Source: an uncultured Bacteroidota bacterium
GTDB lineage: Bacteria; Bacteroidota; Ignavibacteria; UBA10030; UBA6906
Reading direction: 5' to 3'
DNA length: 64,000 nt
NCBI GenBank assembly: GCA_963734955.1
Contig: CAVTJO010000011.1
Coordinates: 70,228-134,227 of the forward strand
Positions 27,613 to 38,100 of this stretch are shown here, piece by piece. The stretch's first letter is position 1, and each line of letters opens with the position of its first letter. The translations under genes and the position numbers were made by a program. The notes below the pieces were generated by a model, which had not been told where the DNA came from, searched no databases, and worked only from the letters and a program-made list of their open reading frames with translations.

Positions 27613-28866
27613 TCACCTTTTACGTTCACCTTTCACAAGTTCAGTTTCGATGAATGTCTCAATCTCATCGTCAGAGAGAATCCGGCTTGAGTGCTTGGCG
27701 TAGTCGAAGATGTGCTGGGCGAGACCGTTGTATCGTTCGAACCCATGTTCCTTCAGCCAGAACATGACGTTGGAAACGCCGGAAAGCGGTCCGACCTCAA
27801 TCCTCTGTCTCCGACCAACCATGTGTGCGGGTACACCTGAATACACCATATCGGCCAGACAATCATCTCCAGTATTGATTGCTTTGATAACCGCTGCTGC
27901 ATGAACGCCCGTTGCCGTACGGAACGCGTCAGGACCGATCACGGGATAGTTGACAGGGATCGGAACGTGTGTGGCTTCTGAGACCAGCTTGCAATACTCG
28001 TGGAGTTTGGTGAGGTCGTTATCGATAATGCCCCACATTTTCAGATTGACAAGCATGAGATCCATCGAGGTATTGCCGCAACGCTCTCCAATGCCGAGTG
28101 CACACCCATGAACCCGGTCGACACCAGCGCGGATGGCAGCTAGTGCAGCAGCCAGAGCAAATCCACGATCATTGTGTCCGTGCCAGTCGATCTTCACATC
28201 CTGACCGGTATTTTCAATAACATCCTTGACAAAGCGGACGAGATTGAGGGCACCGGTTCGCGTGCAATGTCCAACTGTATCGGCAACAACAACACGCTTG
28301 GCACCACAATTGATAGCAGCGGTATACAGTCGCTCGATGTCATCAGGGTGTGAACGGGTGGTATCTTCCGTGACATACATGCTGGGAAGGTTATGCGCGA
28401 CCACGTACTCGACCGCGTTTTCGCTGAGTTCAAGGACTTTGTCGATGGTCCAGCCTTCAACGTATTGTCGGATTGGGCTTGAACCGACGAACGTGGCAAC
28501 CTCAATTGGGATTCCAACTTTTTGGGAAATGTCGATGACAGGGTCGATGTCTGCAATAACCGTCCGAGCTGCGCAGTTCGGCATGATCTTCATGTCGCAG
28601 CCAGCGATCTCTTTGGCAAGTTCCAGTGTATCATTGTATGCGCGGGGACCGGCACCAGGCAACCCGATGTTGGCCGACTGGATGCCAATGTCTTCCATGA
28701 GATGGAGAATCTTGATCTTCTGATCAATCGTTGGGTCGGTGACCGATGGCGACTGAAGCCCGTCGCGTAGAGTTTCGTCATCAAACTGGATATGGACGAC
28801 TCCCTTGAGGTCGGCAATCCCGCCCTTGTTCCAGTCGTAGATGAGTTCCTGTTGCGTCTCGATCAT
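27613..28866 (-). CDS. 2-isopropylmalate/homocitrate/citramalate synthase-family enzyme lacking the LeuA regulatory domain
   Basis: The product has an HMGL-like TIM barrel (FDDETLRDGLQSP, HGHNDRGFALAAALAAIRAG). At 417 aa it carries no C-terminal LeuA_dimer domain. It ends 3 bp before the oah start. Confidence 0.7.
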   Translation of the reverse strand: MIETQQELIYDWNKGGIADLKGVVHIQFDDETLRDGLQSPSVTDPTIDQKIKILHLMEDIGIQSANIGLPGAGPRAYNDTLELAKEIAGCDMKIMPNCAARTVIADIDPVIDISQKVGIPIEVATFVGSSPIRQYVEGWTIDKVLELSENAVEYVVAHNLPSMYVTEDTTRSHPDDIERLYTAAINCGAKRVVVADTVGHCTRTGALNLVRFVKDVIENTGQDVKIDWHGHNDRGFALAAALAAIRAGVDRVHGCALGIGERCGNTSMDLMLVNLKMWGIIDNDLTKLHEYCKLVSEATHVPIPVNYPVIGPDAFRTATGVHAAAVIKAINTGDDCLADMVYSGVPAHMVGRRQRIEVGPLSGVSNVMFWLKEHGFERYNGLAQHIFDYAKHSSRILSDDEIETFIETELVKGERKR

Positions 28867-28899
28867 AGCGCACTCCTTTCAGTTATTCACCGGCGTAAG

Positions 28900-29412
28900 T
28901 CACACCTTGGCTTGTGCCTTCTTTTGAGCGATCCGTTGGCGGGCAAATCCGACCATACCTCCTGCACGAATGATTTCCTGGATGATCTCCGGGAACGGGG
29001 AGGTTTGATAGGTCTTCTTTCTTGTAACGTTTGTGATTGTCCCGGTCGCAAGATCGACCTGGATTTCATCATTGGTTACTACGTCATCGACCGCCGCGTC
29101 GGATTCAAGAATCGGGAAACCAATGTTGATGGAGTTCCGGTAAAAAATCCGCGCAAACGACCTTGCAATCACACACGAGACGCCTGCCCCCTTGATGGCA
29201 ATGGGTGCGTTCTCACGAGAACTCCCACAGCCAAAATTCCTGCCAGCCACGATGATGTCGCCCTTCTTCACCTTCTTCACGAAGTCCGCATCGAGATCCT
29301 CAAGACAGTGTGGGGCAAGCAGCTCTTCGGTGAATGCTGTACAATAGCGGGCGGGAATGATGACGTCGGTGTCGACGTTGTCGCCGTATTTGTGAACTCG
29401 TCCCTTAATCAT
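28900..29412 (-). CDS. leuD: 3-isopropylmalate dehydratase small subunit (short archaeal-type LeuD/HacB)
   Basis: The 170 aa product is from the aconitase swivel-domain family ([28 protein letters not shown]). Confidence 0.8.
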   Translation of the reverse strand: MIKGRVHKYGDNVDTDVIIPARYCTAFTEELLAPHCLEDLDADFVKKVKKGDIIVAGRNFGCGSSRENAPIAIKGAGVSCVIARSFARIFYRNSINIGFPILESDAAVDDVVTNDEIQVDLATGTITNVTRKKTYQTSPFPEIIQEIIRAGGMVGFARQRIAQKKAQAKV

Positions 29413-29433
29413 GGTTCTTCCATGGTTTGTTGA

Positions 29434-31744
29434 TTAGAACGGATATCGTCTCCTGAATTGAACTGCCTTCCCCCTCACGACACCCTCGAGACCGATTAGG
29501 GCATCGGGATGTTCGAATACCTGTCGGAGATGATGGCCAAGCTCGAACGATGCAAGAGCGTCATTATCGACGCCTTTGAGGAAACCTTCAAAGCCTCTGG
29601 AGATAAGGTAGTTTGCGACCCACACTGCATTGGGCGAGTTGTTCGCCATGCGGCGGCTTGCCCGATCCGCAATCGCGCGCATGTCACCTGTATATGTAGA
29701 CTGAAGATATCCGCGCGCGTTTGCGTAAATCGCTGGCAATGCGTCCGGCTGACAGAAGAGATCGCAGGCGACCTGCAACTCTCTCTTATCGTCAAACGAA
29801 AGCCGCGCATCCAACCGCTCGAAGTCCAGTGTTTCAAGGCTCGCCGGGGAGATCATTCGTCCGCCATTTCCTATGATCGCTGATGCAATAACATCTGCTG
29901 CATCATCTCTCCGGTGCATTGGTACCAGCGCATCTGCGAAGCCGAGATAGTGAAGAACTTGCGGAGATGAAGTGACGGTGCCACCGGCAAGTGTGTAGTA
30001 TCGGGAAAGTGCAACTGCGAGTTCTGGATCACCGGTCTTGTGATAGATGACCTGTGGAAAGGTCAACGTTCCACGCAACCCGGGATAGATTCCCAGCCGC
30101 GTCTCAGGCAATGAGAACGAAGTGCGGTTCGTTGCAATGACGATGGCATTCGGATCGAGCGCAAACGCGGCCGCCACTTCCACCCCACCACCCAACGCCT
30201 GACCATCAACGATGGCAATCTTGGGTTTGGATGTTCCCGTCATAACATGAAAGATCACTCGTTGCCATTCTTCAGTGTCACGCTTGATTACATCAAACTC
30301 ATTCGCCCTGATCCTCTCAATGAATGTTGGGATATGGGCACCGGCGATAAAGGTCTTGATTGGAGCGGTATCAAAGATGATGACCTTGCACGCGTCGTCG
30401 GCATTTGCCTCGGCAAACTGTCGTTCCAAATCGGCAAACACGTCGTTGCTCATCGCGTTCGCGGCCTTCGGATTTGAGAGCGTGATCCGGCGAATGGCCC
30501 CACCTCGTTCCTTTTCAGTGAACACCGGAGCAAGGTGGAATTGCCACGGCGTCTCCTTCCCCATTTCCTTCTTGAGTAACTGACAGATGGGGAAATCCTG
30601 ATTCAACGATTGCGCGAGTTCGGCACGCCTCTGGACCACCTCCCTCACCCTCTTCTTGCCCAGTGCGTTCATAAGCGTGAACGGTCCCTGACGCCAGAGG
30701 AATGCATTCTGGGTAAGGAATTCCAGGTTTTCTATTGTAATAAGTCCTGCGTCCACGGTCTCTGCAGCAGTGAGGAAGCCGACGGCAAGGAAGCGATCGG
30801 CCAGCGCAGCGACAACGGGTTGGTCCGGCACTAAGCCAACAACACCGTTTTTCTTCACCCAATGTACTGTTGACTTATCCGATGTCTTCTGATACTGATC
30901 CATCAACGCAACATAGTTCTGTCGGGGAGTGAAGAAATTGCCATAAACTTTGTGGAGCTGATCGTTTGGATTTGAATTGTCGGAGAATGAACGCATCGCG
31001 TGCAGACCGACAGGGAGTCCGGTTGCATCCATGAGTTCGAGAAACCCGATCGGGATGCCATATGCCTTTTTGCCTGCCGCTTCGATCGCCATGATATCAC
31101 AGCCTTCCTCAAGCATCCTCGTGGCCTCGAGCAGCAGTGCAACAAAGATCACGTCAGCGACTCCGCCTTTGCGGCTGCCGCGGACGTACGAAGGGATCTT
31201 CCCTCCGAGCTTCAAATACTTCCGGGCTATTCCCCTGCTTTCCTCGGATGCAGTGTCGGTGCCTGCATACTCTGCCGCCCGGTTCTTATGTGGCAAATAG
31301 AAATAATGCATCCAGACAACCCTGGTCCGGTCGCTTCGTTACTGCCGCAAGGACGTTTATATCGAGGGACGACGAGTTTGAAGCGAGGACGACATGAGGG
31401 GCAGTAAGACTATCGAGGCACTTAAAAATGTCCTTCTTGATGTCGATGCGTTCCGTTGCAGCCTCAATCACGAGTTTGAGCTTCCTGCCTTTGCATGCTT
31501 CAGGATAATCCGTTGTGCCGAGTATGCGTTCACGAATCGCCAGAATTTCCTTTGGCGTGAAGATTTTCCCCTTCGCTCCATCCAACTCGCGTTCGACTGT
31601 CTGCAGTCCTTGCTGTACAATCTCGTCGGATACGTCGAGCAGTCCAACTGCGAAGCCGCTCTGAGCGTACGTTTGCGCCAAGCTTGCGCCCATCGTTCCT
31701 GCCCCGACGATCAGGAGCTCTATGTCATCCCAGGTTGGTTTCAT
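29434..31744 (-). CDS. 3-hydroxyacyl-CoA dehydrogenase fused to enoyl-CoA hydratase (HCDH N-terminal, crotonase C-terminal), split by a frameshift near 31310-31325
   Basis: ORF 31286..31756 is the NAD-binding domain (LIVGAGTMGASLAQ...ASNSSSL) and terminates abruptly. ORF 29434..31311 continues in the +1 frame (VVWMHYF..., then the HCDH C-terminal domain, then the crotonase block KVIIFDT...GGGVEVAAAF). The Met5 start overlaps the thiolase stop as TGATG. Confidence 0.7.
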
Positions 31745-33000
31745 CAGTCCGGCCATCCTTCAACGATAAGTGCACCACCCTGTCCACCACCAATGCAAGC
31801 ACTCGCCAATCCGAGGCCACCGAGCTTCAGCAACGAAGTGGTCATACGGGCCCCGGTGGCGCCGAGAGGATGACCGAGTGCAATCGCTCCTCCATTCACA
31901 TTCACTTTGGTACGATCGAGGTCCAATTCACGCTCAACAGCAAGGTATTGCCCTGCGAAGGCCTCGTTGATCTCAATGTACTTGAGGTCCTTTAACGTCA
32001 TGCCTGCCCTTCGCAGCGCCATTAGTGAGGCGGGGACGGGGCCAATGCCCATGTAATGCGGATCCACACCCGCAACCCCCCACGAGATGAGCTCTCCGAT
32101 TGGCTTCACGCCCAGCTCGCGAGCCTTGCCAGCTGTTGTCATGACCAGGGCTGCTGCCCCATCAACAATACCGGATGAGTTGCCGCCAGTGTGAACGCCA
32201 TCCGGCTTGACGGCAGGAATTCTTGCTAGGTCCTGAAGCGTCGTGGTCGGTCGTGGGTTTTCATCAGCGGAAAACATTCTCTCCTTCTTCCCCTCCCGAA
32301 TCGTCAACGGAGTGATCTCCTTACTCAGTCTGCATTTTTCTTGTGCGTCCTTCGCCTTCACCTGCGATGAAAGCGCAAATTCGTCCACCTCCTCACGCGT
32401 AATGCCGTAAAGACGCACAAGATTTTCGGCCGTCCCCATCATGTCAGTGTTGATGAAAGAGTCGTTGAGTCCCTCCTTGAAAAGGAACATCGTCCGTGGA
32501 CCGCCCATGTACGGGAACCCGAACGCGGCGCCATACATGACCAAAGGAGATTGAGACGTGCTCTCGTATCCGCCAACCAGCACCACATCCGCCTCACCAC
32601 TCAACAGCTCCTTGGCTCCCTGAACAATCGCTTCACCACCTGACCAGCAAATACGGTTGACGGTCAACGCGGTGGAGAATGGGGAAAGACCTGCTTTCAG
32701 AGCAACATGTCGGGCACCGTAATGCGAGTCGATGCTTGTGTGCATCCCATTGCCGAAGATCGCGGCATCGATGACCCCGGCTTGATCTGCAAGCCCTGCC
32801 TGCTGGATCGCAGCGCGCGCGGCAATGGCCCCCAAGTCAATCGGCGTGAAGTCCTTGAGACTCCCACCCACGGTGCCGAAGGGTGTGCGCGTAGCCGAGA
32901 GGAAAACAATGTGTTTGTCCTTCTCTCGAATCGACCAGGGACCTTTGGCGCCGGTATCATCCCGAAGGCAGTATGTGGTTCTGTCAATCAGCTTTCTCAT
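31744..33000 (-). CDS. acetyl-CoA C-acyltransferase (thiolase)
   Basis: The 418 aa product has the thiolase N- and C-terminal domains (VFLSATRTPFG, GGGQGGALIVE at the C-terminus). The N-terminal ~25 aa before the conserved start are uncertain. Confidence 0.8.
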   Translation of the reverse strand: MRKLIDRTTYCLRDDTGAKGPWSIREKDKHIVFLSATRTPFGTVGGSLKDFTPIDLGAIAARAAIQQAGLADQAGVIDAAIFGNGMHTSIDSHYGARHVALKAGLSPFSTALTVNRICWSGGEAIVQGAKELLSGEADVVLVGGYESTSQSPLVMYGAAFGFPYMGGPRTMFLFKEGLNDSFINTDMMGTAENLVRLYGITREEVDEFALSSQVKAKDAQEKCRLSKEITPLTIREGKKERMFSADENPRPTTTLQDLARIPAVKPDGVHTGGNSSGIVDGAAALVMTTAGKARELGVKPIGELISWGVAGVDPHYMGIGPVPASLMALRRAGMTLKDLKYIEINEAFAGQYLAVERELDLDRTKVNVNGGAIALGHPLGATGARMTTSLLKLGGLGLASACIGGGQGGALIVEGWPD

Positions 33001-33418
33001 TCATCGTCTGCCAAATAATGTTCAGCATGGAAATCAATCCCTGCTCCTGCCTCGGAGAGAACTTGTCCATCGCCTCGTGATTGATCACCTCGGCGATATC
33101 GCAGGTTCTGTGAGCGAGTTCCTTTCCCTTTGCCGTGAGGAACACGTTGATGACGCGGCGGTCATTGGCAATGCGTCGACGCTCCACTAACCCATCGCGC
33201 TCCATCCGGTCCACAATACCTGTGATTGTGGGGTTGTCAAAGTAGAGTTTCCGGCCCAGAAGGGAGAGTGACACCCCGTCGCGTTCACGAAGAACCTCCA
33301 GCACGACGTACTGAGTTGCAGTGATATTATGTTCTGAGAGGCGGCCCTCTAGTGCACGCTTAAGACTGCGGGCAGTGCGCGCAAGAAGAAAGCCCACGCT
33401 CCCGCTGAGAGCATTCAT
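32984..33418 (-). CDS. MarR-family transcriptional regulator
   Basis: The 144 aa product has a winged HTH (ATQYVVLEVLRERDGVSLSLLGRKLYFDNPTITGIVDRMERDGLVERRR). Confidence 0.8.
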   Translation of the reverse strand: MNALSGSVGFLLARTARSLKRALEGRLSEHNITATQYVVLEVLRERDGVSLSLLGRKLYFDNPTITGIVDRMERDGLVERRRIANDRRVINVFLTAKGKELAHRTCDIAEVINHEAMDKFSPRQEQGLISMLNIIWQTMNEKAD

Positions 33419-33580
33419 AGTGGTCAGAACGAGCTTGGGAATATGCGCCCTGAGATTGGACGATCTCGGAATGGATCAGATCAGGGCAAAAGAACGGGTA
33501 GATTACTTCGTACGTAAGATGTTCGTACGCTAACTATATTGCTAAAAAACCTCACTACCGATCCCCATCGAAAGAAGCCT

Positions 33581-34843
33581 TCAGTTCAAGCTTCGGGGAT
33601 CAGAGATAACTCCTGCGATAGCCGAGGCCGCAGCAACAGCCGGACTTGCCAGGAACACCATGCTTGATGGATGGCCATTGCGTCCTTTGAAGTTGCGGTT
33701 TGTAGTGTACAGCCCGACTTCGTTCTCTGCAAGGACCCCCATGTGGCCGCCGATGCACGGTCCGCAGGTGGGCGGACTAATTGCCGCTCCTGATTCGACG
33801 AACGTCTTCAACAGTCCCTCGTCGATCATCTGCAAATAGATGTTCTGAGTGGCTGGAATGACAATCAGCCTCACGCCGGCAGCAACTTCATGGCCCTTGA
33901 GCAACTCAGCTGCGATTCGGAAATCTTCAATTCTTCCGTTTGTGCATGAGCCCAGCACGACCTGATCGATCTTGATTCGCTCCACTTGAGAGATTGGCTT
34001 GACGTTGCTTGGCAGATACGGAAGCGCGATCTGCGGCTCCAGGTCGGTCACATCAATCTCGATGATTTCTGCGTAGACGGCATTGGAGTCGGATTTGTGC
34101 ATTACATGCCGTCTGTCGCTGCGACCATCCAGGAATGCGAGCACCTTATCATCCGGTTCTGTGATGCCGCCCTTGGCACCTGCCTCAATCGCCATGTTGC
34201 AAAGCGTGAACCTGTCAGCAAGTGGCAGTCGCTCAACAATGTCACCCGTAAATTCCAATGAGGCGTAAATGGCTCCTTCGACGCCAAGTATGCCGATCGT
34301 GTGAAGTATGAGATCCTTTCCACCAACCATCTCCGGTAGCCGGCCTTTGTAAATGATTTTGATGGAAGGAGGAACCCTGAACCAGTTTTCTCCCAGCGCC
34401 CACGACGCTGCCATGTCCGTACTGCCAACCCCCGTCGCAAACGCACCGAGGGCGCCATACGTGCAGGTGTGTGAATCAGCGCCAATGACGAGATCGCCCG
34501 GCATTACAAGTCCGCTCTCGGGAACAATGCAATGGCACAGTCCCGAACGCCCGACTTCAAAGTAGCTCTTGATATGATATTTGCTGGCAAATTCCCGCAT
34601 CGTTTTGGACAAGCCTGCGGCCTGAATATCTTTCGCGGGAACAAAGTGGTCGTTCACCAACGCAATTTTTGTGTTGTCAAAAACTTCTTCCGCACCGATA
34701 CGATTGAACACGTCAACCGCCAAGGGTACGGTAACGTCCGTACCCATCACCAGATCAATTGATGCGTAGATCAACTCACCCGGACTAACCACATCGCGGC
34801 CTGCGTGAGCAGCAAAGATCTTTTCTGTAATTGTCATGCCCAT
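33581..34843 (-). CDS. leuC: 3-isopropylmalate dehydratase large subunit (short archaeal-type LeuC/HacA)
   Basis: The 420 aa product is an aconitase-family catalytic domain with the Fe-S Cys ligands (GSCTNGR, CGPCIGG). Confidence 0.8.
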   Translation of the reverse strand: MGMTITEKIFAAHAGRDVVSPGELIYASIDLVMGTDVTVPLAVDVFNRIGAEEVFDNTKIALVNDHFVPAKDIQAAGLSKTMREFASKYHIKSYFEVGRSGLCHCIVPESGLVMPGDLVIGADSHTCTYGALGAFATGVGSTDMAASWALGENWFRVPPSIKIIYKGRLPEMVGGKDLILHTIGILGVEGAIYASLEFTGDIVERLPLADRFTLCNMAIEAGAKGGITEPDDKVLAFLDGRSDRRHVMHKSDSNAVYAEIIEIDVTDLEPQIALPYLPSNVKPISQVERIKIDQVVLGSCTNGRIEDFRIAAELLKGHEVAAGVRLIVIPATQNIYLQMIDEGLLKTFVESGAAISPPTCGPCIGGHMGVLAENEVGLYTTNRNFKGRNGHPSSMVFLASPAVAAASAIAGVISDPRSLN

Positions 34844-34866
34844 AGTTCAGTTCCGATCGCTCACAC

Positions 34867-35955
34867 TTAGTCGCTTGCCAGAAGACGGTGGAGCAGCGTG
34901 CACACTGCGTCACCTGATTCCTTCGTGCCGAGTTTCCCACCGAGATCAGTTGTCGTCTTGTCCTCATACACAGCCTGACGAACGGCTTGCTCAATCAGCG
35001 TTGCTTCTTTGGTAAAGCCGAGATGTTCCAGCATGAGCCCGACTGTGAGGATCGCTCCGAACGGATTGGCAACATTCTTCCCCGCATACTTCGGAGCAGA
35101 ACCATGCACTGGCTCAAACATGCAAACGCCATTCGGATTGATATTGCCCGATGCAGCCATCCCCAGACCACCCTGCAACTGTGCACCAACGTCGGTGATG
35201 ATGTCACCAAACATGTTATTGGTAACGATGACTTGGAACTGTTCCGGACGTTTAATCAGTTGCATTGTCAGTGCATCGACGAACCAGTGTTCCTTCTCAA
35301 TTGTCGGATATTCATCACCAACCTCTTTGAAGACCCGCTGCCATAGATCGCCTTCAAAGCGTAAGGCATTGTTCTTGTCACTCATAGTCACCTTGGTGTG
35401 CCCGTGTGCCTTGGCAAATTCGAACGCATAACGAATGATGCGCTCCACACCTTTGTAGGTGTTGATGCTCTCCTGAATCGCAACTTCGTCCTTCGTTCCT
35501 TTCTTGAAGAAGCCGCCAGTACCAACGTAGAGGCCCTCTGTATTCTCGCGGAACACGACGAAGTCGACGTCCTTCGTGCTTTTCCCTTTCAACGGACACA
35601 GCTTCTCATTGAAGAGCTTCACGGGTCGGAGATTTACGTACAGATCCAGACCAAAGCGCATTCCGAACAGGATATCCCGGGCGTGCGCCATATCGGGTAT
35701 ACGTGGATCGCCCAAAGCTCCGAGAAAGATCGCCGCGTAGTTGTCACGGAAGTCCTGAAGCTGTTCATTCGGGAGAGAGATCCCCGTTGAGAGATACTTG
35801 TCTGCACCATAGTCAAGATGCACCAATTCAAGGTCGAGCGAGCACTGTTTGTTAACAAGTTCAAGAACCCTGACCGCTTCCCTCGTCACGTCCACCCCGA
35901 TACCATCTCCGGGGATAACAGCAACCCTCAGTCCATGGTTAAGGGATCGACTCAT
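34867..35955 (-). CDS. leuB: 3-isopropylmalate dehydrogenase (isocitrate/isopropylmalate dehydrogenase family)
   Basis: The 362 aa product has the LeuB-type signature NLRPVKLF, plus NMFGDIITD and GSAPKYAGKN. Confidence 0.8.
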   Translation of the reverse strand: MSRSLNHGLRVAVIPGDGIGVDVTREAVRVLELVNKQCSLDLELVHLDYGADKYLSTGISLPNEQLQDFRDNYAAIFLGALGDPRIPDMAHARDILFGMRFGLDLYVNLRPVKLFNEKLCPLKGKSTKDVDFVVFRENTEGLYVGTGGFFKKGTKDEVAIQESINTYKGVERIIRYAFEFAKAHGHTKVTMSDKNNALRFEGDLWQRVFKEVGDEYPTIEKEHWFVDALTMQLIKRPEQFQVIVTNNMFGDIITDVGAQLQGGLGMAASGNINPNGVCMFEPVHGSAPKYAGKNVANPFGAILTVGLMLEHLGFTKEATLIEQAVRQAVYEDKTTTDLGGKLGTKESGDAVCTLLHRLLASD

Positions 35956-36685
35956 CTGTTTTGATATTGGTCTTGGTTCATTTACTTCTGCTCATCGATG
36001 GCAATGGGACTCACCGTTTGCATGCATCTCTTCACACAATAGGATGCATTACTCTGCAATGCACTTTGGATTACCCGGGTGCGACAGGACTACCGCTCCG
36101 ACCAGAAATCACGAACGACAAGAGATTCTAATGGGGACGAAAAGAGAATGGAGCTGTAGAGGTGTGTGAAAAGAACAGTAGAATAAATAATCAGACTTCC
36201 CTGTCCGAAAGGTACGTTTTGTAAGTCTCGTTGTCAAGTGTTTTCTTTTGCAACATAAGTCCGCTACTCATTGCATTTGGGGAACCGAAAACAATAGACG
36301 AGGATTGAGAAATGACTACGGAGAATTTTGGTGTCCTCAGGATACGCAGAAATATCATTAACCGGGATTCCTACCTCGGGACCATGGTTCGTGTACAATC
36401 CGGTACTCAACACCAATCGGCAGCGTTTCGGGTTCTCACTCCCTCTGGAAGGCAACAGTGTCGCGGTCCTGAAACTCGTCTACACGTTCGTACCAATTTG
36501 ACCTCCAGAGGTGGCGGACTTGCGAAATGAATGCCTCCACTTCGCCAACACTCTTGCCTCGATCAGGGGTCCCCATTCTCGTCTTGCCTGACTCATTGCA
36601 TGGATCATCGCCCCTCGCACACCATCGGAAACAAAAAGTCCCGACGCGTAGTCGGGACTCTAAAGCGATAAAGATGACAAGGCTG

Positions 36686-37654
36686 CTATTTCAACAGCAG
36701 GAGCTTCTTTACGCTCGTAAATTGACCTGCAACGAGTCGGTAGAAGTACACTCCGCTCGCCAACCCGTCTCCACGTAAAACAACCTCGCGATATCCTGCT
36801 TGCTGCTGCTCGTTTACAAGTCGAGCTACTTGCTGGCCGAGTGCATTATAGACCGTAAGTGTGACGAACGAATTGTGTGGTATACCGTAGCGAATGGTTG
36901 TGGATGGGTTCCATGGATTTGGATAATTTTGCGCAAGCGAGAACACTGATGGAATCTCTTGCTCCTTCACGCCGGTAGGCAGGTTCACACGCACTCCATC
37001 GTAGTAGTGAATTGCCCCATCAAGATCCATCTGTTTCAATCTGTAGTACCATGCGCCAACGGTTGCTCCTGAGTCGATGAAGCTGTAGTGTTGGGGTTCA
37101 GTCGTTGTACCATGGCCGAGTATAAAGACGTTAGGAATTGACTGATAGTGCTGCTGTGTTGTGTCCGACTTTTGGACTTCAAAGCCGTAGTTGTTTGTCT
37201 CAGTCAAAGTTGACCAATCCAGTCGAACTCGAGTTGGCGAGATGACTGACACCGTGAACGACACGAGTTGGATTGGAAGCACGATGGATTCAAACACACG
37301 CAATTCCGCAACAGAAATGAACGTGGCACTCCCCCCCGGCACACCGGCAATACGAATCCCGTCGCCCGTCATTGGCGTAAAGGATAACTCATAGGTTTCA
37401 TAACTAAGGCCATTGCCTCCCGCGTAAGGAGGAATACTCTGCAGGTTTTGAACATCCACCCACTGTCCCCCCATTCGCACCTGCACCCCTAACGAGGTAA
37501 ACCAACCACCATCTGAGAAGTGCATGCCCTCTTGAAAATATACACTCGAGAACGTGTGTTGTGTTGGAAACTGATATCCTATCCAGTCAAAAGTTCTCGT
37601 CTGAGTTTGAGCAAGACTGCTAACCACCGACAGAAGTACAATCAACCGTTTCAT
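36686..37654 (-). CDS. secreted hypothetical protein with T9SS C-terminal sorting domain
   Basis: The signal peptide is MKRLIVLLSVVSSLAQT. The C-terminus reads NYPNPWNPSTTIRYGIP...SGVYFYRLVAGQFTSVKKLLLLK. Confidence 0.75.
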   Translation of the reverse strand: MKRLIVLLSVVSSLAQTQTRTFDWIGYQFPTQHTFSSVYFQEGMHFSDGGWFTSLGVQVRMGGQWVDVQNLQSIPPYAGGNGLSYETYELSFTPMTGDGIRIAGVPGGSATFISVAELRVFESIVLPIQLVSFTVSVISPTRVRLDWSTLTETNNYGFEVQKSDTTQQHYQSIPNVFILGHGTTTEPQHYSFIDSGATVGAWYYRLKQMDLDGAIHYYDGVRVNLPTGVKEQEIPSVFSLAQNYPNPWNPSTTIRYGIPHNSFVTLTVYNALGQQVARLVNEQQQAGYREVVLRGDGLASGVYFYRLVAGQFTSVKKLLLLK

Positions 37655-38100
37655 AGATCCTCCCCCATGTGATGTACCGGCGTGTCATCCGAATGAATGC
37701 AGCATATTGGGGGGACCCGCCAGTCCATTTCAGGAGGTCCAACCGTGGTGTGGTATGTGAACTGTTGTCCGTATTGTTGGCCCACCAAACACAGGCTTGC
37801 TTCCCCCGCCGGTCGTAGGATTGCATTCACTGAAGTGTGCGCACAGACGCGTGAGTCTATCCGTGGCAACCCAAGCTTGACCAAAACTCGTGCCATGCAT
37901 CACAATCAAGCGATCCGACCTGAGGCTGCAGGAAAATCCGTGCATCTGTAAAACGGAGGCAGGTGAAACTGTCAAATTCTACATTCTTCAGAGCATAAGG
38001 AAATGGCTACTGGAACGGTGACGGATACCTGTGGCACTATTTCCCGGTTGGCGCCAAATGAAAAAGCCCCATCCGATGTTTGGTCAGGGCTGGATGGTGA

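Noticed and set aside
26446-27690. 414-aa plus-strand ORF
   Set aside because: It is entirely antisense to the well-conserved crotonase-family Oah-like gene. Its composition is low-complexity and Arg/His-rich with no recognisable domain. It is a typical GC-rich antisense artefact.
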